DNA of 32,000 nucleotides from Xylella taiwanensis (GTDB lineage Bacteria; Pseudomonadota; Gammaproteobacteria; Xanthomonadales; Xanthomonadaceae): NCBI RefSeq assembly GCF_013177435.1, contig NZ_CP053627.1, positions 1,470,001 to 1,502,000 of the forward strand, read 5' to 3'. Shown piece by piece: positions 9,396 to 19,054 of this stretch (position 1 is its first letter; each line of letters starts with the position of its first letter). The notes under the pieces were generated by a model. It saw only the letters and a program-made list of their open reading frames with translations, ran no database searches and was not told where the DNA came from. The position numbers and the translations under genes were made by a program.

Positions 9396-10979
9396 TCAGT
9401 GTGATTGGCATTGACGCCCGGAAAGGTCGGTTAACGCGCATTCCAGCACTGGATCGCGATCAGCACGGACATCGCTTAAAGTTTTCCATTTTTTTACATC
9501 GGGGATGACGCCATCCCCCTCAAGCGGCTTCCCTCCCGGATCAAGTAAATTTGCATCCGGAATTTGTATATAAGAACCGTCAGTAAGTCTGAAAAAATGG
9601 GATACGAACACCTGCCCCGACGATTGGGCACCGTAAACACGGGCACGATGATAAAATTGCAGAGTTCTTGCCGCTATTTCAGCAGCACTTGCAGAGGCGA
9701 GACCAATTAAGACGGCCAGTGGCTTGTCAGTGGGAGGATATCCGGAAGGGATGTTTATTGCATTGGTTTTTTTGGCAGTTACTTCTGTTGCCATTCGGGT
9801 CCCTGATGGCAAAAATCCAGCCAGTAACTGCAATACGGCGATGCTTGAACCTCCGGTGTTGTAGCGCAAATCGAGCACAATGGCTGTTGCAGGTGTCTTT
9901 TGTATTTCTTTCAATACCCAGCGCGTGTTTTCATCGGTCATCTCATTGAATGTGAGGACAAGTGTTCGACCGACCAGCTGTGCTGAACGCTGTTCCCAAA
10001 AGTGACTCAATTGGGGAATTTCCTTATCAATGGAGAAAGTGACTTTCCTATCATCGGGTAGGATCATTTTATATGTTGAATTTGTTTTTATTACTTTTTT
10101 TCCGCCGATATTTTCAGGCCCTGCTTTAATGTTGGTACCCGCCCCCATGATGGAACCGATTTCAACGCCCGCCTTATCCGCCTCTGAATCTTTAATAATA
10201 TCAATGACTTTGGTATTTGACAGGCGAGGCGGCGTCATCACGGTTCCTAAAGGAATATAATGCAACCGTGTCACCGATGAATTCCTATCTTCGATCACTG
10301 CTTTGAGCGCTTGGAGATCTGCCTGGTCTAAGCGCTCTAAGCGCAGCTCATGATCGACCGTGTTTACCGCCGTACGCCGAGCGCCAAGAAGCTTCGCCGG
10401 GAGGGTGAACTCAAATTCTTTTTTTGCCCCTGCTTTATTGATGTGATAACAATGGAACCGGGCCGCCTGATCGGCAGTATCTATACTTTCCAGAAAAATA
10501 CGGTCGCCCACACGGACCCCATGCGCATACAGCGGGGACCAGGTCTCCAGAGACAGTACTCTTGAAGTCCGGAATAACATATCCTGCGCTAGCGCCATCC
10601 CTGATATATCACGCAATTCTGGGGAATAATTTGCCAACACGGCTCCCTTCTTTATGTCTTCTGAAACCATAAAAGCTGGCAAGTGCTTCAAATGGGACAC
10701 CTCAAGAACTGACAGCATGTTGTTAATGATGGGAGAGGTCTTTTGCCCATCCCAATCGAACCACGGCAGCTCCTTTTTATACGTCGCCAGGACGGCTGGC
10801 CAGTCAAAGCCGCCAAACGTTCTGTCGTAATAGAATTCATCCACTTTTTTCCAGGCATACAATAGCCTGGAGTGCGGTAGCCTGGGATATAAAACATATA
10901 CAGCCATCGCAAAGAATGACAATATCACAACAGACAGCATCAAGATGACTATTTTTTTTATTCCAGTATTTATCTTCAT
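9396..10979 (-). CDS. Membrane-anchored S41-family serine peptidase (C-terminal processing / tail-specific protease-like)
   Basis: 527-aa ORF with an N-terminal TM anchor (IVILMLSVVILSFFAMAVYVLY). S41 signatures are AIVLDLRYNTGGSS and PLAVLIGLASASAAEIAARTLQ (nucleophile Ser in SASAAE). Two PDZ-like stretches are present (VRVGDRIFLESID; DKAGVEIGSIMGAG). The gene is visibly more AT-rich than neighbouring housekeeping genes. Confidence 0.8.
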   Translation of the reverse strand: MKINTGIKKIVILMLSVVILSFFAMAVYVLYPRLPHSRLLYAWKKVDEFYYDRTFGGFDWPAVLATYKKELPWFDWDGQKTSPIINNMLSVLEVSHLKHLPAFMVSEDIKKGAVLANYSPELRDISGMALAQDMLFRTSRVLSLETWSPLYAHGVRVGDRIFLESIDTADQAARFHCYHINKAGAKKEFEFTLPAKLLGARRTAVNTVDHELRLERLDQADLQALKAVIEDRNSSVTRLHYIPLGTVMTPPRLSNTKVIDIIKDSEADKAGVEIGSIMGAGTNIKAGPENIGGKKVIKTNSTYKMILPDDRKVTFSIDKEIPQLSHFWEQRSAQLVGRTLVLTFNEMTDENTRWVLKEIQKTPATAIVLDLRYNTGGSSIAVLQLLAGFLPSGTRMATEVTAKKTNAINIPSGYPPTDKPLAVLIGLASASAAEIAARTLQFYHRARVYGAQSSGQVFVSHFFRLTDGSYIQIPDANLLDPGGKPLEGDGVIPDVKKWKTLSDVRADRDPVLECALTDLSGRQCQSH

Positions 10980-11264
10980 CCAATGTTCCTATATGTCCAG
11001 AAATAAACTTTTAACGTAACGATCGTTTACGAGCCTGCCATTCCAAATCCAATCACAGCATGTTACGGAGGTTTTGAGGCGTAAGTTTTTCGAATCAGCG
11101 TTCTGAATAAACTTGGAAAACAGCCTGCTCGCTACGGAGGCTATGGTGAATCTTACATTAATTGCATTATCAATCACCTTGCAGCTTATCGATATTCCAT
11201 GAAGTAAATATCATCTCCGTTCAACCATCGCAATTTTATATTTCTCAGGATACTTGCCTCAAAT

Positions 11265-11290
11265 GACCTGAGCGGTAAACCACTCAGGTC
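11265..11290 (-). terminator. Hairpin 25 nt downstream of the putative bacteriocin-like ORF (weak terminator candidate)
   Basis: GACCTGAG-N10-CTCAGGTC forms an 8-bp perfect stem. On the minus strand it is followed only by AUUUGAGG, a poor U-tract, so it may be a partial terminator or an mRNA-stabilising stem between the peptide ORF and the peptidase gene. Confidence 0.3.
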
Positions 11291-11315
11291 AAAAAGCTAA
11301 GGTTACTTCACCATG

Positions 11316-11612
11316 TTATTCTTTGGAATGCGGGAGTTTACACGTCACACTAATATACTCGCCTCCTATATTACCCGAAGCAAACCTGCCACCAATCGCA
11401 CTCCCGGAAAATGATCCTGAAAATGTACTTGTTGAGAATGATCCACCGTGGCTTATACAAATTTCCGCGAGAGTTTCGTATGGGATAACACCTCTGTTGG
11501 GATTTATGGGATCTGGTACCGGCTCTGGTTTCGGCTCTATTCTATAGATCAGTCTCCTAGCACCAGCCACTAACGAAAGCTCTTCAACATTAAGATCACG
11601 CGTTGTTATCAC
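11316..11612 (-). CDS. Putative double-glycine-leader bacteriocin/microcin-like precursor peptide (98 aa)
   Basis: The N-terminus (GTG)M-ITTRDLNVEELSLVAGA|RR fits the double-glycine leader consensus: Leu at -12, Glu at -8, Leu at -7, Val at -4, Gly at -2, Ala at -1 (compare the ColV leader MRTLTLNELDSVSGG). The predicted 80-aa core has a Pro-rich segment (EPKPEPVPDPINPN), a Gly/Ser-rich half (GGSFSTSTFSGSFSGSAIGGRFASGNIGG) and two Cys. Caveats: the start is GTG, and the only SD-like GGAG overlaps it. Confidence 0.5.
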   Translation of the reverse strand: MITTRDLNVEELSLVAGARRLIYRIEPKPEPVPDPINPNRGVIPYETLAEICISHGGSFSTSTFSGSFSGSAIGGRFASGNIGGEYISVTCKLPHSKE

Positions 11613-12320
11613 TCCATCGTATTAAGGGTTTTTACCCGGGTCCGCCTGTCTGGTGAGCTGATGCGCCTCAGAGGCGCATTGGTACCAGTCGGGCACGCGG
11701 AATTAAATGGCATAAAATGTGATTTCAATGTGAAATAAAAGTGAAAATTAACGAATATTTCGCTCGGGCTGATTCATTGAACGGCCACCGCTTTTAGCGC
11801 GGAGCGTGCTGGATGAATGAAGGGATTGATTTGTCAGTATTTCTAGCATCTCTATGGGTGACGTCATGCATTGAGGATGCTGGTGTGGATGTGCGATGCG
11901 TTGCACCGTGCCCGTATGTCAAGCAACACCACGGCAAAAACATTGCGCGGTATCGCTTGGTGGCATGCCGGGAAGGAAGGGTTTTTCTGCGTTTCTATCA
12001 AGGTCTTAGTGCTGTGCGTGCCATCCTGGTAGTGCATTAGGAAGTGCGGCCACTCGGTCCGGTGCATTCAGTACATGGCCCTTTGATCCCTTGCTGAAGG
12101 GAGGGGTCATGTGTAACGACCTTGTCGCATGGACGCATTTTTTCAGGTGTGGGCTCAGGTGCGGCAAGCATGTTGCGGGACGTTTTTCTGCAATGACTTG
12201 AGTGATTGTTCGTCGTGCTAACACGCATGCACTGAAGTATCCCGCTTATGCTGCATGTGGTTTATCCAAACGTTGTTTGGCACGATCGAATACCCCTCGT
12301 GACGATTGGCCATCCACATA

Positions 12321-12341
12321 GCATCGGGCATCGGGCATCGG
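12321..12341. repeat. Heptanucleotide tandem repeat (GCATCGG)x3
   Basis: Read directly: gcatcgg gcatcgg gcatcgg, then gcag. Confidence 0.95.
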
Positions 12342-12342
12342 G

Positions 12343-12395
<53 letters not shown>

Positions 12396-12519
12396 AAGGT
12401 TAAGTTTCCCTCTCAGCTGTAGGTATTGCAGGATCACCAAGCACTGCTGTCGAGAGGTCTGCACACAGGCAAACCTCATGAAATGTGGAATATCTTTTAA
12501 ATAAAATCAATTAGTTAAT

Positions 12520-13305
12520 ATGACCATGCGTATTGCAAGTTGGAACGTGAATTCACTCAAGGTGCGCCTGCCTCATGTGCAGCAGTGGCTGGTGGATGCC
12601 GCACCGGATGTGCTCGGTCTCCAGGAAACGAAATTGGAAGACCATCAATTCCCAGAAGAAGCGCTAGCCGCACTGGGCTATGTCTGTGTGTATGCCGGAC
12701 AAAAAACTTACAACGGTGTTGCACTTCTGGCGCGCACGGCGCTGGAGAGCGTGCAAATCGGGATCCCGGGGTTTGAAGATGCGCAGCAACGGGTGATCGC
12801 CGCCACAGTGCATGGAATACGCATCGTCAATCTGTATGTGGTCAACGGCCAAGACGTTGGCACCGAAAAGTACGCGTACAAACTCCGTTGGCTGGACGCG
12901 GTGTACGCCTGGTTGGCACAGGAGCTGCGGCACCATCCGCGGCTGGTGGTGCTGGGTGACTTCAACATTGCTCCTGACGCACGGGACGTATACGACGCGG
13001 CGGTATGGAACGATGAGCATATTCTTACTTCAACGGCGGAACGCGCCGGACTCAGTCAGTTGTTGGCACTGGGCCTGCATGATGGCTTGCGCCTGCACAC
13101 TCAGGAGGCGGGGATGTTTAGTTGGTGGGACTACAGGCAAGCCAGCTTCCGCCGCAATTTAGGATTACGCATCGACCTCACGCTGATCTCCGAGGGCCTG
13201 CGGACGCAGGTCGCCGCCGCTGGGATCGACCGGGTCCCCAGAACCTGGGAACGGCCCAGTGATCACGCTCCGGCGTGGCTTGAATTAACTGCGGCGGTGT
13301 CTTAA
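12520..13305 (+). CDS. xthA: Exodeoxyribonuclease III (AP endonuclease)
   Basis: 261-aa ORF. Motifs are MRIASWNVNSLKVR, LGLQETK, VLGDFNIAP and PSDHAP, the EEP-superfamily signature of ExoIII. The start could be the second ATG, at 12526. Confidence 0.93.
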   Translation: MTMRIASWNVNSLKVRLPHVQQWLVDAAPDVLGLQETKLEDHQFPEEALAALGYVCVYAGQKTYNGVALLARTALESVQIGIPGFEDAQQRVIAATVHGIRIVNLYVVNGQDVGTEKYAYKLRWLDAVYAWLAQELRHHPRLVVLGDFNIAPDARDVYDAAVWNDEHILTSTAERAGLSQLLALGLHDGLRLHTQEAGMFSWWDYRQASFRRNLGLRIDLTLISEGLRTQVAAAGIDRVPRTWERPSDHAPAWLELTAAVS

Positions 13306-13635
13306 CCATGCGGTGTCCTGCATTCCCGGAAAACACCCCATGTCGGCCAGCCTCTTGAGCACGATGCTTGGTTCAATAGGTCGGTTCAATATCGCTGCCG
13401 GACAACCTGGCAGCGTCAGGCCGGCACTATCTCGGAGGAGACATGTCCGGAGACATCGTGAACGGGTGGTGCTGCTGACCAGCACACCAGGCCGCTTGAT
13501 GATCAATGCAATGAGGCCTATCTCCATTGTTGACGTACCGCCCGCAGCATCTGGGTCCCAGCTCCATGCGTGGCAAGGCGAATGGGATCTGCGTGACCGA
13601 CCACGCCTTGATTTCATGCAAGCCCGGTAAGAACC

Positions 13636-14244
13636 GTGGGTGAGCACACGTGGCAATGGGGCGCAGTGCAGGTATGGCTTCACGCGCACCAACGTGGTGA
13701 GCGCGGTGAGCCGCAAGCGCGTCTCGTCTTCGGTAAGGTGTTGGGGTGGGCGCCAGATGCACTGCCGTTACGTCGGGATGCGCGCGGCCGCCCACGGTTT
13801 ACCTCTCCCCTGTCAGGCTGGGATATCAGTTGGAGTCATAGCGGCGACTATTTGCTGCTTGCCCTCGGTCATGGAGGATGTCTTGGTGTGGACTTGGAGC
13901 GTGAACGCTCACGGCCACAGTTGCTCGATCTGGCACAGCGTTTTTTCCATCCCAGCGAAACAGCGGTGCTACACACGCTGGATGTGCCAGCACAGCACGC
14001 GTTGTTCTTCCGCCTGTGGTGTGCCAAAGAAGCCATCCTGAAAGCGCACGGGGCTGGCATCGCCTTCGGCTTGCACCGCTTGCACTTAGCCGAACATAAC
14101 GGACATCTGATTTTGGTCGAGTGCGACCCGGCGCTGGGCGCCGCCCCAGCTTGGACGTTATACGAATGGCAAGCCGCACCCGGTTATCGCGCGGCGTTAG
14201 CTTGGCATCCGTTTGCCACGGCAACCCCACGCAGCGATGTCTGA
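13636..14244 (+). CDS. 4'-phosphopantetheinyl transferase, Sfp/EntD/HetI type
   Basis: 202-aa ORF with a GTG start. It carries the PPTase motifs GVDLE and FRLWCAKEAILKAHG (W..KEA..K). No carrier-protein, PKS or NRPS gene is in the window. Confidence 0.85.
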   Translation: MGEHTWQWGAVQVWLHAHQRGERGEPQARLVFGKVLGWAPDALPLRRDARGRPRFTSPLSGWDISWSHSGDYLLLALGHGGCLGVDLERERSRPQLLDLAQRFFHPSETAVLHTLDVPAQHALFFRLWCAKEAILKAHGAGIAFGLHRLHLAEHNGHLILVECDPALGAAPAWTLYEWQAAPGYRAALAWHPFATATPRSDV

Positions 14245-14455
14245 TACGGATATCAATGTCTGCCTGAGCAGCGTATCGCAGGTTCCAGGGGCGGGATAAC
14301 ATGCCATCACGAGAAGCAAGCAGCATTGCAGGACACGGGAGTGACAGGATTCGGAACAGTTATCAATCGCCTGCTTAATAGCCTGCTGCTGGGTGCCCGA
14401 TATAGGGCTCTCGATTTTTTACCGGGGCTTGTCCCGCAACGAAGCCAATTCACTG

Positions 14456-15094
14456 ATGAACGATCCCTCTGTTTCTCCAGAAGTGACGGCCGATCTGGAA
14501 TACGGTCTAGATGTTCTGGCACTGGACCGGGCCTGCACTGCGCCGCTGCTGGCTTATTTAGCACTGCTCATACGCTGGAACCGTACCTACAATCTGACCG
14601 CAATCCGCGATCCACGGGAAATGGTGGCGCGTCACCTGCTCGATTCGCTGGCGATACAGCGTTACGTGAGCGCGGCTCGCCTTGCCGACCTCGGCTCTGG
14701 ACCTGGGCTACCTGGGATTCCGCTGGCCATCACTCGCCCGTCTCTACAGGTGACATTGGTAGAAAGTAACGGCAAAAAGGCACGCTTTCTGCGTGAGGTA
14801 GTGCATCAACTCGGTTTGAGCAATGCGCGCGTGTCTGAAGCGCGCGCTGAAGCATTGGACGAACCCATCATGTATGACCATCTCACGGCACGCGCCTTGG
14901 ATACGTTAAACGGCATCATCGCGGTCGGTGGTCATCTCCTCAAGCCCGATGGGACCTTGCTGGCGATGAAGGGTGTCTATCCTCACGAGGAGATCGCCAG
15001 GTTGCCGGTTGGCTGGACTGTCGAAGCAGTACACCCTTTGCAGGTCCCCAAGCTCACCGGAACGCGGCACTTGGTGGTCGTGCGGAAGGGATAG
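14456..15094 (+). CDS. rsmG: 16S rRNA (guanine527-N7)-methyltransferase RsmG (GidB)
   Basis: The SAM-binding motif [15 protein letters not shown] and [19 protein letters not shown] are typical of GidB. The ATG at 14456 (MNDPSV...) gives ~212 aa, the usual length. The ORF is open from 14393. Confidence 0.9.
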   Translation: MNDPSVSPEVTADLEYGLDVLALDRACTAPLLAYLALLIRWNRTYNLTAIRDPREMVARHLLDSLAIQRYVSAARLADLGSGPGLPGIPLAITRPSLQVTLVESNGKKARFLREVVHQLGLSNARVSEARAEALDEPIMYDHLTARALDTLNGIIAVGGHLLKPDGTLLAMKGVYPHEEIARLPVGWTVEAVHPLQVPKLTGTRHLVVVRKG

Positions 15095-15164
15095 CGCTTA
15101 CCGCACATCCTCTGTTGATGTCGCCTTGTGTCTCAGCTGAAACTTGGCACGATGGCAGACACGT

Positions 15165-17165
15165 TTAAAGCGCCTTTGCGACTGCAACCACGTGTTCGGG
15201 TGTGATGTTGAAATGTTTGTACAACACATCGGCCGGGGCCGAGGCGCCAAACGTGTCGAGGCCAATCACGGCGCCATGCAACCCTACGTACTGCCACCAA
15301 AAACCAGTCACACCGGCTTCTATGGCCACACGTTTGTGGACTTGCGACGGTAGTACTGATTCACGGTAAGCGGCGTCCTGGCGGTTGAACACATTGGTCG
15401 AGGGCATCGACACCACCCGCGTCTTCAATCCCGCGGCATCAAGCATCTGCTTCGCTGCGACCGCGATGCTGACTTCCGAACCCGTCCCGATCAAGATGAT
15501 GTCGGGGACGCTGTTTGCAGCATCGGCCAATACATAGCCGCCGCGTGCAATGTGCGCCACTTGCGCATCATGACGGGGCTGGTGCGGTAAGGTCTGACGG
15601 CTGAACACCAAGCAGCTCGGGCCGTTCTTGCGAGTGATCGCGGCCTTCCATGCCACTGCCGACTCAACCGCATCGCAGGGACGCCACACGTCATTGTTTG
15701 GGATATAACGCAACGCGGCCAAGTGTTCGACAGGCTGATGCGTTGGACCGTCCTCACCCAGTCCGATTGAATCGTGGGTGTAAACGTGAATCACATGGGC
15801 TGGGATCAATGCACTCATACGCACCGCGTTGCGTGCGTAATCACTAAACACGAGAAATGTAGCGTCAAAGGGGATGAAGCCACCATGCAACGCAAGTCCA
15901 TTCGCGATCGCGCTCATGCCAAACTCACGCACGCCGTAGTAGGCATAGTTGGCGTTCGGGTTGTCGCCAACAACCGATTGACTCCCTTTCCACAACGTCA
16001 GATTAGAATGCGCCAAATCAGCCGAGCCTCCAATCAATTCAGGCAGCAGCGGTGCACATGTTTCGATGGCCATCTGGGATGCCTTACGGGAAGCAATGGA
16101 CGGCCCCTCAGCTTGAATCTGAGTCATGTAGGCATCGAATTGGCTGAGAAAATCATCAGGCAATTCACCATGAGAACGCCGGGTCAATTCAATAGCTTCG
16201 TTCGGATATTGCCGAGCATATCTGTCGAACGCTTGCTCCCACTCTGCTTGACGTAGCATGCCAGCGCCGTTAGCACGCCAACCAGCGTAAATTTCGGAAG
16301 GAATCTCGAACGGACCGTATGGCCAATCCAACATCTTACGGGTGGCCTCCAGTTCCTCCTTGCCCAGTGGTGCACCGTGCGAAGCTTCTTTACCCGCTTT
16401 ATTCGGCGAACCGAATCCGATCACCGTGCGGCAGCACAGCAACGAGGGCCTGCTCTCTTCGGCAAGGGCGGCTGCAATGGCGGCCTCGATTTGCTCCGCA
16501 TCATGGCCATCGACATCGCGGACCACGTGCCAACCGTAAGCCTCAAATCGCGCCGGAGTGTCTTCGGTAAACCAACCCGCGGTATTGCCATCAATAGAAA
16601 TCTGGTTGTTATCCCAGAAACAAATCAACTTACCTAAGTTCCAGGTACCTGCCAGCGCTGCAACCTCGTGTGAGATACCTTCCATGAGGCAGCCGTCGCC
16701 CATGAACACCCAAGTACGGTGATCGACAATGAGGTGTTCCGGACGGTTGTAGCGTTGCGCTAGAAGTTTTTCGGCCAGGGCAAAACCGACGGCGTTAGCA
16801 AACCCCTGACCAAGCGGGCCTGTCGTTGTTTCAACCCCTGGGGTCTCGCTACGCTCAGGATGACCAGCCGTCTTACTATGCAGCTGACGGAATCGCTTGA
16901 GTTCATCTAACGGCAGGTCATAGCCGCTTAAATGCAGCAACGCATACTGCAGCATCGAACCGTGACCGTTAGAGAGGACGAAGCGGTCGCGGTTAAACCA
17001 GTGCGGATTGTTCGGGTTATGGCGCAGGAAATCATTCCACAGCACTTCAGCAATATCAGCCATGCCCATCGGCATGCCGGGATGTCCAGAATGAGCGGCC
17101 TGCACCGCATCAGCGGCAAGGAAACGGATGGCGTTGGCCAACTGACGGCGTGTAGGTTGGGTCAT
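15165..17165 (-). CDS. tkt: Transketolase
   Basis: 666-aa ORF. It has the N-terminal [17 protein letters not shown], the ThDP-binding [12 protein letters not shown], and [23 protein letters not shown]. Confidence 0.96.
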   Translation of the reverse strand: MTQPTRRQLANAIRFLAADAVQAAHSGHPGMPMGMADIAEVLWNDFLRHNPNNPHWFNRDRFVLSNGHGSMLQYALLHLSGYDLPLDELKRFRQLHSKTAGHPERSETPGVETTTGPLGQGFANAVGFALAEKLLAQRYNRPEHLIVDHRTWVFMGDGCLMEGISHEVAALAGTWNLGKLICFWDNNQISIDGNTAGWFTEDTPARFEAYGWHVVRDVDGHDAEQIEAAIAAALAEESRPSLLCCRTVIGFGSPNKAGKEASHGAPLGKEELEATRKMLDWPYGPFEIPSEIYAGWRANGAGMLRQAEWEQAFDRYARQYPNEAIELTRRSHGELPDDFLSQFDAYMTQIQAEGPSIASRKASQMAIETCAPLLPELIGGSADLAHSNLTLWKGSQSVVGDNPNANYAYYGVREFGMSAIANGLALHGGFIPFDATFLVFSDYARNAVRMSALIPAHVIHVYTHDSIGLGEDGPTHQPVEHLAALRYIPNNDVWRPCDAVESAVAWKAAITRKNGPSCLVFSRQTLPHQPRHDAQVAHIARGGYVLADAANSVPDIILIGTGSEVSIAVAAKQMLDAAGLKTRVVSMPSTNVFNRQDAAYRESVLPSQVHKRVAIEAGVTGFWWQYVGLHGAVIGLDTFGASAPADVLYKHFNITPEHVVAVAKAL

Positions 17166-17270
17166 GAGGCATCGGTGCTAAAGAAAGGGACATCGTGAAA
17201 ATCGCACGATGTCCCGCTATTGTCCCACAGTGACATGATCGCGGATCAAGGCACACTGACTTGCATCAGA

Positions 17271-18554
17271 CTAACGCTCGCCTTTGCACACCAACGTGGT
17301 CAACGCCAAATCGCCGGTCACATTCAATGCGGTACGGCACATGTCCAGGAAATGGTTTACTCCCAGGATCAGCCCAATCCCGATAGGATCAACGCCAACC
17401 ATGGCACAGATCAGTGCCACCACCGGCAGCGAGCCGGACGGCACACCAGCGGTGCCGATGCCACCCAGGATACAGACGGCCATGACCATCGCTTGCTGAG
17501 TCAGGCTGAGGTCCACACCAAAAAATTGCGCCAGGAAGATCACGGTCACACCTTCGAACAACGCCGTACCGTTCTGATTGGCAGTCGCACCAACGGTCAG
17601 TACGAAGCGCGAAACCCGCTGTGGTAGACCCATCTCATCAGCGACGCGCAATGCGGTTGGCAAAGTGGCATTGCTGGAGGCGGTAGAGAACGCCATCAGT
17701 GTTGCTTCTTGAGTCTCGCGGAAAAAACGCAGCGGTGAACGCCCCGCCCACCATACTGCCAAACCATAGCTGACAAACATATGCAGCGCCAACGCCAGGA
17801 CCACAACACCGACATAAGCCGCTAAGCGCATCAACAATTCGAAGCCGAATAGTGCTGTCAGATTGAACATAAAGCAGGCCACTGCATACGGTGCAAGACG
17901 GATCACTAACCCAATCAAGGTCATCGAAATCTCAAACACGCCCTCAATACCACGTTTGAGTGTCTCCACCTTGTCCTGCGGTGCCAGCACCATACCAACG
18001 CCAAACATAACCGCGAAGAACATCAGCGACAAAATGGCACCGTTGCTGGACGCTGCGGCGACCACGTTGTTCGGTACGATCGATAACAACATATCCATGC
18101 CATGGATCTGGGTGTCGGTGGAGGCGACGATCTCGCGGCTACGCTCCGCATTCTCGGTAAGCAACTGTTGCGCCAACTCCGGATCGACACCGATCCCTGG
18201 CTTAAGCACATTGACAAGCACCAGCCCCAGTAACACAGCCACGGATGACAGCACCACGGTATAACTCAGCGTGCGCCAACCGATACGGCCCAGTGCGCGG
18301 ATGTCGCCCATTTCGGCTACACCAATCACCAGTGCCGAGAACAGCAAGGGCACAATCAGCATGAAGATCAGATTGAGGAACAACTTGGAAAACGGTGTGG
18401 TGAAATAATGGATGGCACGTTGTACCCAAATGGCATCAGCACCAGCCAAATAATGCGCAGCCAAGCCAATCAGCAGGCCACCAAGAAAACCTATGCTCAT
18501 TTTCCAGTGCAGTGGCAAGCCGGAATGAGGAGAAGTAGCAAACGAAGTCATCAA
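17271..18554 (-). CDS. Dicarboxylate/amino acid:cation symporter (DAACS family; GltP/DctA-like)
   Basis: 427-aa polytopic membrane protein. It has the family motif FSTASSNATLP and a TVGATANQNGTALFEG reentrant-loop region. Confidence 0.9.
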   Translation of the reverse strand: MMTSFATSPHSGLPLHWKMSIGFLGGLLIGLAAHYLAGADAIWVQRAIHYFTTPFSKLFLNLIFMLIVPLLFSALVIGVAEMGDIRALGRIGWRTLSYTVVLSSVAVLLGLVLVNVLKPGIGVDPELAQQLLTENAERSREIVASTDTQIHGMDMLLSIVPNNVVAAASSNGAILSLMFFAVMFGVGMVLAPQDKVETLKRGIEGVFEISMTLIGLVIRLAPYAVACFMFNLTALFGFELLMRLAAYVGVVVLALALHMFVSYGLAVWWAGRSPLRFFRETQEATLMAFSTASSNATLPTALRVADEMGLPQRVSRFVLTVGATANQNGTALFEGVTVIFLAQFFGVDLSLTQQAMVMAVCILGGIGTAGVPSGSLPVVALICAMVGVDPIGIGLILGVNHFLDMCRTALNVTGDLALTTLVCKGER

Positions 18555-19054
18555 TTCTGGCCTCGGGGCAGATCAAAGCCAAGAGATTAGCAAACATTAA
18601 CACCCCGACCATACTTGTGACCCCCATTCCAAATGGCAGAGTTATAAAAGCAGCTCGGCCATACGATAGACATCTCAGTGAACAAAGAACGCAGGACGCA
18701 ACGCTAGCGGTCATGGTGCATAAATCGCGGTGGCTATCGCACAAGCTGCAGTGACGCAAAACAAGATCTGCCTACATCCAAATATTTCTTCTCACGGCGC
18801 AACACTGACTACTCAATGGCTGCCTCGTTTTACTCTACTATTCAATCAATTGAAACGCTGGTTGGCTGCGATCGACTAACGATCTCTCCGTATATACTCG
18901 CAAGATTGGATGCAGACCACCGCTGTCACCACACACCCTATCCCCAGAGCTAGCACAATCAAAGAAAAATTCAGAGCGTCAGCGGGCTAAGACGTCAGTC
19001 CTCTCTTCCAACACACTAACCGTCGCACTACTGTTCCAAGTGGTGTCCAGCCAC

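Noticed and set aside
10989..11177. 62-codon minus-strand ORF between the peptide and the peptidase, as a possible immunity gene
   Set aside because: It ends 10 nt before the peptidase ATG, which is suggestive. However, it starts at a GTG without an SD, has no internal Met and no predicted TM helix, and is not recognisable. The evidence is too weak to call.
11323..11547. 74-aa plus-strand ORF antisense to the peptide gene
   Set aside because: It is a mirror ORF of the minus-strand frame. It has no leader-like or other recognisable motif and no SD. The minus-strand reading has the specific double-glycine signature.
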